Assembly: GCA_013139985.1 (NCBI GenBank)
Contig: WSZT01000036.1
Span: 1-50,604 of the forward strand
Direction of reading: 5' to 3'
DNA length: 50,604 nt
DNA from: Candidatus Methanophagales archaeon
GTDB taxonomy: Archaea > Halobacteriota > Syntropharchaeia > Alkanophagales > Methanospirareceae
Shown: one piece after another, positions 36,757 through 44,935 of the stretch
Layout: every line of letters begins with the position of its first letter
How positions within the stretch are numbered: the stretch's first letter is position 1
Made by a program: the position numbers and the translations under genes
The notes under the pieces: model-generated
Seen by the model: the letters and a program-made list of their open reading frames with translations, nothing else
The model's database searches: none
What the model was told of the DNA's origin: nothing

Positions 36757-37665
36757 TCAGTTAATCAATCTAAATTTTGTAGCATCAATGGTATTTCTCT
36801 TATAGCTCAAAGTTACTTTTTCTTCTGCAAAGACTATCCAGATGTCTATTGTATCCTGTTCGTAGGCAGTTTTATCTAGAATCACTTTCTGAACTTCTGT
36901 AAGCGGTATTAGCAATACCCCATTCCGGGATACTAACAGATAGCCCTCTCCCTTTTGTAATGAATCAATGAAACTTCCGGGTTTACGCCCTCTAAAAGTA
37001 ATTTGCCAACCCTTTGGTTTTTTACTACCTGGACGGATAAACGCTTTTTTACCATCAATTATAGCCTCATATCTTCCCCATTCTCCAATTTTTCTGCCGC
37101 ATTTCTCAAGTATCTTCTTCAATTCATCACCAAATACTTCTTCTTGACCCTTCTCTTCGAGAACTTTTGTGATGACATTCTTCTTGAGCAAGAAGAAATT
37201 TAGCTCCTCTCTCAATGTGCGTACTAAAAATTTTTGGATGGCATTAAGCTTTTGTAGCTCTCCCTGCGCTACTACGGCATATTTGTTGGCTTTAAACAAT
37301 TTAATCAGGTATAATTCCAACGCCTTCCTGACGACGGTATCGTTAAAATCCGATTGCATGGCGGGACGACCATCATTGATTATAAGAGCTTTACTCCAAT
37401 TTTTTATTTTATCTTCAGGATTGCTCATGTGCGTTTTCAGTCGAATGTAAATGCTTTTAGCCTCGCCAATATATACCCTATTTTTACCTTCAAATAGTAT
37501 GTAAATACCGGGGAACTCTATCCTACCTAATTCGATGTTTAGCACTTCCAACGCCTTCATAGTCCGGGGTATCTCCCACGATCGAATCTGTTTTGTAGTT
37601 CGAGCTCTTATTATGCCCTCACTATTCTCAGGGTCTTCCTGATACCCGATATCACTATTAGACAT
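36757..37665 (-). CDS. GIY-YIG nuclease, putative type II restriction endonuclease
   Basis: GIYIL..(x)..VYIGE....RL..H and later ALE; immediately downstream of a DNA MTase. Confidence 0.7.
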   Translation of the reverse strand: MSNSDIGYQEDPENSEGIIRARTTKQIRSWEIPRTMKALEVLNIELGRIEFPGIYILFEGKNRVYIGEAKSIYIRLKTHMSNPEDKIKNWSKALIINDGRPAMQSDFNDTVVRKALELYLIKLFKANKYAVVAQGELQKLNAIQKFLVRTLREELNFFLLKKNVITKVLEEKGQEEVFGDELKKILEKCGRKIGEWGRYEAIIDGKKAFIRPGSKKPKGWQITFRGRKPGSFIDSLQKGEGYLLVSRNGVLLIPLTEVQKVILDKTAYEQDTIDIWIVFAEEKVTLSYKRNTIDATKFRLIN

Positions 37666-37669
37666 GATT

Positions 37670-39037
37670 CTACCTCTTTACTAATGTAATAATCGATTCT
37701 CTCAATTTATAGCTTCTTATCTGTCCTGATCGCCTTTCTCTCGCTTTTTCTATCTTCTCGACATCAAGACCCAAATCCAATCCTATTTTAGCTATCAGTA
37801 AATCTGTAGGAACATACACATCCGCTATTAGACTATCACCAACTACTAAAATGAATCTCCCACCGGAATTTAGGGAAGGGATAACCTTCTTCATAACCTT
37901 ATACAAATCGTCGAAATACTTATGAACGATATATGGCATATCCGTTCTTCTATAACTCCCCCTCTTCTCAATGTTCCACACAATTTCGGTTTTTATCTTC
38001 TCTATCCAGTCATTTGAATAAGTCAAACCAGACCTACAAAACTCTTTTATTAATCCTTTAGAAACATTATCACAGACAACCATCTCATCCTTAATCCTCT
38101 TTAATTCCTTGTGATTTTTAGCAAATCCCAGCCACCCCATTTCTATCTTGTAGTTCATTACATAGTCTAAGCCGTTCATGTACGGCGGAGAAGTGATAAT
38201 CAAATCAAATTTATTGATGTGTTCAAAATCCATTGCGTTTGCCAGAATAACCTTGCTTTCGGTGTTTATAAAATTCTTATACTGCGATTGTATCAACTTC
38301 AAGTCATTAGCAATCTCACGTATCTTTTTATCTAATAGAACAAATGGGGCAGTATCATACACCCTTTTATTTTTGCAGTAGCCCAAACATGGAGTCCTTT
38401 TCAAATTGCTACTGTCGATAAGGATTGAAGAGAAAGCCAAATTAATCAAGTCTTTTACTTTCTTCTGCTTTTCATTTTTTTCTTCTAGGGACTCAATTCC
38501 ACCTTTAAGAACTTCTAAATTATGTAATATCTCCTTATTAAAATGCGAACTAGACTTTAGAAAAGAGGGTGCCGAAGAGCGGTTGTTTCTGGGCAAATTA
38601 TTATACACCCTCAGTAAATAATTGGGGGAAACATCCCAACAATTAAGTTTAGTATTGGCTATAAATTGTAGAAAAGGATTTAATTCAGTTCCAAAGGACA
38701 TGTACCCATTGAATTTTCCTTGGACCAAAACAGTACCACAACCAGCAAAAGGGTCTAGGACAACGGGATAATTATAATCTTCTTTATATTGGTCTAATAT
38801 TGACTGAACAAAGGAAGCTGAAAATCCCTGCACATATGGAGCCCAGCGATGGATATGTTCATTAATGTTGGGCGTAAACTGTATAGGCTGTATATTTCTA
38901 AAAATTTGAATGCCAAGCTCTTCTATGTATGGTATAGCGTCCATATCAGAAGAGCCACCCTTTTTAGGTGATCTTAGAACATTTATCTTTCTAACAGTGA
39001 GTTCACTCTGGGCGGGCTCTGCAAAGATACTCTTCAT
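37670..39037 (-). CDS. DNA amino-methyltransferase, likely N4-cytosine (alpha motif order)
   Basis: H.W..Y..GFS, DPFAGCGT (motif I) preceding TSPPY (motif IV). Confidence 0.85.
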   Translation of the reverse strand: MKSIFAEPAQSELTVRKINVLRSPKKGGSSDMDAIPYIEELGIQIFRNIQPIQFTPNINEHIHRWAPYVQGFSASFVQSILDQYKEDYNYPVVLDPFAGCGTVLVQGKFNGYMSFGTELNPFLQFIANTKLNCWDVSPNYLLRVYNNLPRNNRSSAPSFLKSSSHFNKEILHNLEVLKGGIESLEEKNEKQKKVKDLINLAFSSILIDSSNLKRTPCLGYCKNKRVYDTAPFVLLDKKIREIANDLKLIQSQYKNFINTESKVILANAMDFEHINKFDLIITSPPYMNGLDYVMNYKIEMGWLGFAKNHKELKRIKDEMVVCDNVSKGLIKEFCRSGLTYSNDWIEKIKTEIVWNIEKRGSYRRTDMPYIVHKYFDDLYKVMKKVIPSLNSGGRFILVVGDSLIADVYVPTDLLIAKIGLDLGLDVEKIEKARERRSGQIRSYKLRESIITLVKR

Positions 39038-39066
39038 TTCATTCCTTCAATCTCATCTTCCCTCAC

Positions 39067-39849
39067 TCACTCATTCTCTATTCTCGGTGCGAGCAAATAA
39101 CTGACTTTTCCTTTGCCTTCTGCGACTTCAAAATCCAGTCGTAGCGGATAATCCTTACCAAGATTGAGCGTTATATTCTCCACATGACTCATCCCTTTGC
39201 TCATAGCCGCGATGAAGTCCAGCGAGTATAAAGAATGAACTGTTCCGGGTGTCAGTAGAATTAATTGATCCTTCCTTAACCCCAGTCGCAATTTATCCAT
39301 CTCGCCCTCCGTCTCCATATAGAACACTTCCCCGTCTACGCCAAGCACTATGTGGTCGCCTATTCTCTCCGCAGCGCGTATTGTCCTTCTGAACACCTCT
39401 GTTTCTATAATCACCTGCACCGGGAACTCAAGCTCAGGCACCTTTGGCTCCTTTCTCAGCGAAGAGGGATCAAGCAATGAGATGGTATAGGCGAGACTGC
39501 CCATCCTTGTGAATAGCTTTTGTCCGTTCTCGTCCAGTTCCAGTTCAACCTCATCCCTTCCGCCTATTCCGAGGATAGCAAGAAATTTAACGAAATCCAT
39601 GCCTATTTCTATCTCTTTTTTGGATTCCGGCTCGGTTTCAGCTTCTGAACCGGATTCTTTCACGGCGAACTGAAAAAGGTCAAAAGCATCACGCTGCAAC
39701 TCAAAAGAGACCATAGCTACATTGGCAGGGTCAACCGCCCTCAGTTTTAAACCGCTCTCCGTCAACCTAAACTTACCCTCATCCACTATTGCTGTAAGCG
39801 ACTCTATACATTCTCTAAACACCGTTGAATCGATCTTAGCTTTAAACAT
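39067..39849 (-). CDS. pcn: DNA polymerase sliding clamp PCNA
   Basis: LRAVDPANVAMV, SLYSLD and YLLAPRIE motifs. Confidence 0.96.
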   Translation of the reverse strand: MFKAKIDSTVFRECIESLTAIVDEGKFRLTESGLKLRAVDPANVAMVSFELQRDAFDLFQFAVKESGSEAETEPESKKEIEIGMDFVKFLAILGIGGRDEVELELDENGQKLFTRMGSLAYTISLLDPSSLRKEPKVPELEFPVQVIIETEVFRRTIRAAERIGDHIVLGVDGEVFYMETEGEMDKLRLGLRKDQLILLTPGTVHSLYSLDFIAAMSKGMSHVENITLNLGKDYPLRLDFEVAEGKGKVSYLLAPRIENE

Positions 39850-39927
39850 TTCTCTTTTTCCACTCCTAAGATAATATAATATAACATTAAAATGAAGTAT
39901 GATATATTTAAAGTATTTGTTTAACCA

Positions 39928-39947
39928 ACCACAAGATTACAGAGATT
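39928..39947 (+). repeat. Dispersed intergenic repeat ACCACRRGATTACAGRGATT, copy 3
   Basis: ACCACAAGATTACAGAGATT. Confidence 0.75.
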
Positions 39948-39968
39948 TTCACGATTAAGACGATGTAA

Positions 39969-40844
39969 ATGATGTACATATATATGAGCAGAGCGGAAGA
40001 AAGCGAGGTAACGGGGAGCTCTTTTGCTAGAACAGCTACAATTAACGTTTCTGATTTAACGCAATATCTGTTATGTCCCCGTCTGGTTTATTTCCGTGCA
40101 AAGGGATATGAACAAGAGAGAATAGTAAAGGGAAAAGAGAGGGGTATGATTGAGCGAATCATACTGAAAGAATTGGCGTTCAATTTGGATACTCTTTCCG
40201 GTGTCGAAGATGAGGTAGGAGCGCGGGAGAGAGAAGAAGGAGAAGATGCAAAAAGCATAATTGAAGGTATAGTGGATGACATAGAATGGATTTATAAGGA
40301 AGAACTGAAAGGTGTGAAAAGGGACCTTTTTGATGCGGTAAAGAGTGATATTGTATGTGGTATGGGGACTGATGAATGGTTGAGTAAAGTGAGGAATGGG
40401 CTGTTAGAGTTAGAAGAAGCACAGGGATATGAACGGGAACATATAGTGGTATCGGAAAAGCTGGGTATGAGCGGGAGTGTGGACAAACTGATAAGGGCAG
40501 ATGAAGAGGTTATACCGTGCGTGATAAAAACGGGCAAATGCCCCGAGTTCAGTGTATGGCGAAGCGAGAGAGTGCAATTGGCGGCATATGCTATGCTCAT
40601 AGAAGAAGAGTTTGAAACAACAGTAACGCGTGGTTTTGTGGAATATATAAGAACTGCGGAGTTCCGCGAATCACGGATAAGAAAGAAGGATAGAGCGCTT
40701 GCATTGCAGATATTGAAACGAGTGAAGCGGATAAAACGCGGTGCTTTCCCGGAGAAAGGGGTGCATGCACCCTGTGATACATGTTCCTTTATTGATAGGT
40801 GTGAAACGCGAAAGACACTGCTTTCAAAGTTGTTAGGGAATTGA
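39969..40844 (+). CDS. Solo Cas4-like (Dna2/Cas4) Fe-S nuclease
   Basis: YLLCPR.VYF, G.VDKL, IKTG, QLAAYA and C-terminal CDTCSFIDRC motifs; no array nearby. Start may be 39984. Confidence 0.8.
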   Translation: MMYIYMSRAEESEVTGSSFARTATINVSDLTQYLLCPRLVYFRAKGYEQERIVKGKERGMIERIILKELAFNLDTLSGVEDEVGAREREEGEDAKSIIEGIVDDIEWIYKEELKGVKRDLFDAVKSDIVCGMGTDEWLSKVRNGLLELEEAQGYEREHIVVSEKLGMSGSVDKLIRADEEVIPCVIKTGKCPEFSVWRSERVQLAAYAMLIEEEFETTVTRGFVEYIRTAEFRESRIRKKDRALALQILKRVKRIKRGAFPEKGVHAPCDTCSFIDRCETRKTLLSKLLGN

Positions 40845-40897
40845 GATTCTTCTGATCTTTTGTGTTTACTCGAAAATAAGTTCTTACAGAAAGACAA

Positions 40898-41572
40898 ATG
40901 CACAGAAAAGAACAGATAAGAGGAAATGTGAAAAGGTTATTGGCGGAATTACCGAAAGGGGTGATATTGGAGGCCGCGGCAAAGACACATACTACAGAAG
41001 AGATTATGGCGGCAATTGAAGCCGGGATAACGATAGTGGGAGAAAATTATATCCAGGAGGCAGAAAGGGCTTTTATGGTTATTGGTAGAGTAGTGAAGTG
41101 GCACTTTATTGGACATCTGCAAAGAAATAAAGTAAAGAAGGCGGTGGAGCTCTTCGACCTAATTGAGACGATAGATTCTTTTCCTATCGCAGAGGAGATT
41201 AATAGAGTCAGTAGTAAAATAGGAAAGATAATGCCTATCCTGATTGAGACAAACAGTGGAAGAGAACCGCAGAAATTTGGCGTTTTTCCGGAAGATGTAG
41301 AAGAGTTAGTGGTAAAAATATCCGCGCTCGCTTCGGTCAAAATAGTGGGGTTGATGACTATGGGACCCTACGAAGAAGATATAGAGAAATTACGCCCTTA
41401 TTTTAGAGCGACAAAAGAAATATTTATGAAGATAAAAAAATCGGGCATACCCTCTGTGGATTTGAGGTACCTTTCTATGGGGATGAGTGATTCCTATAAT
41501 GTCGCAATAGAAGAGGGCGCAAATATCGTCCGCGTTGGAACTGGAATATTTGGTCCTCGAAGACGTGTTTGA
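40898..41572 (+). CDS. yggS: PLP homeostasis protein YggS/PROSC
   Basis: AAKT, GENYIQE, WHFIGHLQRNKVK, GLMTMG and LSMGMS.SY..AIEEGA..VRVGTGIFG motifs. Confidence 0.93.
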   Translation: MHRKEQIRGNVKRLLAELPKGVILEAAAKTHTTEEIMAAIEAGITIVGENYIQEAERAFMVIGRVVKWHFIGHLQRNKVKKAVELFDLIETIDSFPIAEEINRVSSKIGKIMPILIETNSGREPQKFGVFPEDVEELVVKISALASVKIVGLMTMGPYEEDIEKLRPYFRATKEIFMKIKKSGIPSVDLRYLSMGMSDSYNVAIEEGANIVRVGTGIFGPRRRV

Positions 41573-41587
41573 ATACAAAGGATAAAA

Positions 41588-42718
41588 ATGGAAGAACGAG
41601 GCATAAGTAAAGAGGAGCTGAAATCGTTTCTCAAAGAGCAAAAGCAGAAGGATCTGACTTACCGGAAAGTTTTGAGTTCTATGTGCACGTATCCGCACGA
41701 AATAGCAGCATATGCGCATAATCTGTTCTTGGACTCGAATTTAGGTGATTCTGGGCTATTTCCAGGTACAAAAGCGATGGAAGACGAATTGATACGTATT
41801 ATCGGTGCGTTACTGGGCAATGAGAACGCACACGGCTATATCTCCACTGGTGGGACAGAATCGAATATACAGGCGATGAGAGCAATAAGAAACAGGAAAA
41901 GAAAGGAAGGACTGCAACAGATGAACATAATCGTGCCGAAAACAGCGCATTTCTCATTTGATAAAATCGAGGATCTTTTATGCCTGGAAGTAAAGAAAGC
42001 GGGATTAGACGATGAATTGAGAGTGGATGTGAATTTGGTAGAAGAATTGATAGATGATAATACAATAAGCATAGTGGGAATAGCGGGCACGACCGAATTT
42101 GGGCAGATAGATCCGATAAAGGAGCTTGCAGATATTGCCAATAATAGCGATATTTTTTTACACATTGATGCCGCTTTTGGTGGTTTTGTAATTCCGTTTT
42201 TAGATGCTGAATACCAGTTCGATTTCTCACTTGACGCGGTATCATCTATTTCCGTAGACCCGCATAAGATGGGGATGAGCACGATCCCTGCAGGATGCAT
42301 CTTGTTCCGGGACGAGTTGTATTTAGCGGATTTAGCGGTGGACACACCTTATCTGACGACAAATGAGCAGTGCTCGCTGATAGGGACGAGAAGCGGCGCA
42401 CCTGTCGCGGCTACGTACGCGGTACTCAAATATCTTGGTAGAGACGGCTTGAGGGCGATTGTAGATAACTGCATGCAGCTAACGAGGATGTTAGTGCACG
42501 GTGCAAAGGCGATGGGCATTTACCCGGTGATAGAACCGGTTATGAATGTGGTAACGTTGCGTTTTCCTGATGTTGATCGGGTGGCGAAAGCATTAGAAGC
42601 AAGAGGATGGCGAGTTTCTACGACAAGAGCGCCAAAGGCGCTTCGGTTAGTTATAATGCCGCATGTGACTGAAGATACGATAGAAATGTTTTTGAACGAT
42701 TTGGAAAATGTAAAATGA
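41588..42718 (+). CDS. mfnA: L-tyrosine/L-aspartate decarboxylase
   Basis: LSSMCT.PH, NLGD.GLFPGT, GGTESN, HIDAAFGG, DPHKMG and GTRSGA motifs. Confidence 0.93.
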   Translation: MEERGISKEELKSFLKEQKQKDLTYRKVLSSMCTYPHEIAAYAHNLFLDSNLGDSGLFPGTKAMEDELIRIIGALLGNENAHGYISTGGTESNIQAMRAIRNRKRKEGLQQMNIIVPKTAHFSFDKIEDLLCLEVKKAGLDDELRVDVNLVEELIDDNTISIVGIAGTTEFGQIDPIKELADIANNSDIFLHIDAAFGGFVIPFLDAEYQFDFSLDAVSSISVDPHKMGMSTIPAGCILFRDELYLADLAVDTPYLTTNEQCSLIGTRSGAPVAATYAVLKYLGRDGLRAIVDNCMQLTRMLVHGAKAMGIYPVIEPVMNVVTLRFPDVDRVAKALEARGWRVSTTRAPKALRLVIMPHVTEDTIEMFLNDLENVK

Positions 42719-42739
42719 AAAGTGCAAAAGTCAAAATTC
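42705..42739 (+). repeat. Heptamer array (no hairpin)
   Basis: AAAATGT AAAATGA AAAGTGC AAAAGTC AAAATTC spanning the mfnA stop; same unit as at 12991 and 16742. Confidence 0.65.
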
Positions 42740-43425
42740 AATGGATGGGTCAAGAAAAACCCTTCACTAATTAACAACGGGTTTTGGTAACACCCTTTTA
42801 TCTTTTAAGGAAACGTCTCGAAATGAAGTATCTTATAGTGTAAAATCTAAGTCTTCAACTGTTCTTTCAGGGGAAATAGGGATTGTAGTAGTTTTTATTT
42901 TTCTTCTAATAATTCCTACTTCTCTTTCTTCTACGATTGATTGAAAGATAATTTCAATATATTCATCTCTGAAAAACACCATCTATATAGTTATGATGTT
43001 TTTTTTAATGTAAATGTCAGGTCGTGTAGAAACACCGGTTTGTATGAAAAATAGACCCAATATAGCATTCAAATGGAAATTTAAAGCAAGAAAATCATTA
43101 ATCTTTGCGTTTTCTCACTGTCTGACGTCATCACACAATATCCTGTATAAATAAGCGGTTATTAATAGAAATAATAGAAAACTTCTGCCCCGCTATCGCC
43201 GATATTCGTCCCCTTTCGTAAAGTAGCCTATATTATCTCCTTTCCCTTCCTTATTACTGCGAGCTTCTTCTATTTGGGTGGCGTAATCTTTTTTGGTCTA
43301 TGATTTGGGCCTGTTAATTAAACCTTCCTTTTTCGACATTCATCTCTTCGCACCTCTGTGGGTACATGGTTACGCGTCTTTAGTATTTGGCGGCATCCAC
43401 TCATTTTGGCGATCCTCTAGGGGAT

Positions 43426-44504
43426 CATGAAAAATACGAGGCTCTTATTGCCTTCTTTCATTCTTTGTAAGATTCCTTCTTTGTTAGTACCCAATAGACC
43501 GACTCTGCCATGTGACGAGCTGTTGCAACAATTGCCACCTTTTCGTCCCTTCTTGCTTTTAGCCGATTGTAGATTCTCTGGAAGCGATTTGGTGTTGCTG
43601 AATGAACTGCCGCTCTTGTACTCTGTATTAAGGCCCATCTTAGAAATCCGTTGCTATGCTTGTTTATGTGCCCGTACCTTGTATAGTCTCTGGATTGTTC
43701 GACCTTTGGTGCAAATCCTGCGTAACTAACGAAACTTTTCGGTTTGTTGAATCTCTCTATTTCTCCTAGCTCACTCAGGGCAAGTAATGCATTGTGGAAT
43801 CCTATACCGACTATACTCATCAACCCCATTGCCTCTTCTGTTACTTCAGCCTTCTCGCGTAGGACTACCTCTACCTCATTGATCTTCTTACCTAGAATTC
43901 CCCGCACTTCCAGGTAAACATCTAAAGCGGTCCTCCTTGCTTCTTGCAGTTCCACTTCTTTCAGAAACACCATCCCTTTCCTTCCAAATAGGTCGCTTAC
44001 CTTTGGCGGTTGAACACCCTCTATCGCTAGCAGTGCATGTACTTTATTCTTTATTGAAGTTCTTAAACGAACAAAGCTGGCTCTATGTCGCACTATCGTT
44101 CTTAGATCCCTTATATCTTCCCCTGGAACGTAGCTCTCCGGTAAGTAATCCATCCTCAACAATTGTGCTAACACCCTCGCATCCACTTTGTCCGTCTTCA
44201 CATGCTTCTTCGCAAACGGCTTGACATAAACTGGGTGTGCCAAATGCACCTCTATCCTCTTGCCATCCAGGTACTCATATACAAAGATACCGGACGTCAA
44301 AGCCTCGATCGCCACTTTTGCTCCTTCTGGCAGAGTGCTTGCAAATTCGTTCAAACCTTATCGTGTCGTTGCAAATCTGCATTTCTTCACTTCTGTTCCC
44401 TGACGGTCTACCATCGAATAGTAGCTCATCTTTTTATGTACCTCCAATCCTATATCCATATTGCACCTCCTTCTTCTCCGATTTATAAGGAGGTGTTTTT
44501 CATG
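43426..44504 (-). mobile_element. IS110-family element (minimal extent)
   Basis: Transposase plus 12-bp imperfect inverted pair CATGAAAAATAC (43426-37) / GTGTTTTTCATG (44493-504); interrupts an integrase. Confidence 0.7.
43458..44459 (-). pseudogene. IS110-family transposase pseudogene
   Basis: ATG at 44459 gives MDIGLEVHK...TTR*GLNEF in frame with the tracked ORF; premature TAA at 44358-60. KTDKVDA, SYAG..P...QS and A.VA.AR motifs. Confidence 0.88.
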
Positions 44505-44907
44505 TAGTCATCTTCCACTTTTCTAAAAGCTAAAATTACTTTGTCATCCTCAGGTATGTAGTTATCTGTGTTGGTCTTTGGTATTTTTACTACTTTTCTA
44601 TATTTGATTAAACTTTCCTCATCCATCAAACTAAAAGCCTCATAGTATTTCAGTAAATCCCTAATTCCCATGCAAAAATGCCTTTTGCCTTTCTCAGTGC
44701 TTTCTATTAATGAAAATAATTCTGTTGGATTTGAAATACGTATAGTTAGATATTTATTAAGGTAAGATACCATGTCCTCTACATCTTCAATTGAACATTT
44801 TGATTTCATCCAAGCGGTAAATCCTTCTTTAGTGCTTTCATAATTGATTTCTTTTAATTCCAAGGCCTTTGGAGCCTGTGACAGGGGTTTGAATCCTCTC
44901 GGGACTA
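44505..44907 (-). pseudogene. SSV1/pTN3-type split tyrosine integrase, C-terminal fragment truncated by IS110
   Basis: Frame opens through the antisense tRNA (IVPRGFKPLSQAPKALELK...) and continues F..W....Y.SYL.KY...K.PKTNTDNYIP; it stops at the IS110 end. Confidence 0.7.
44863..44907 (+). other. att site: 3' half of tRNA-Gln(TTG)
   Basis: AGGC-CTTTGGA-GCCT anticodon arm, AGGGG-TTTGAAT-CCTCT T-arm (C->T in loop), CGGGACTA acceptor strand; no D arm or 5' strand. Confidence 0.8.
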
Positions 44908-44935
44908 TCTCATGACCTTTGACTTCGGAATTCTA

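Noticed and set aside
39969-40844. CRISPR-Cas locus suggested by the Cas4-like gene
   Set aside because: No repeat-spacer array and no other cas genes seen in the window.
44863-44907. Functional tRNA-Gln gene
   Set aside because: Lacks the 5' acceptor strand and D arm, and the T loop is mutated; treated as an att site.
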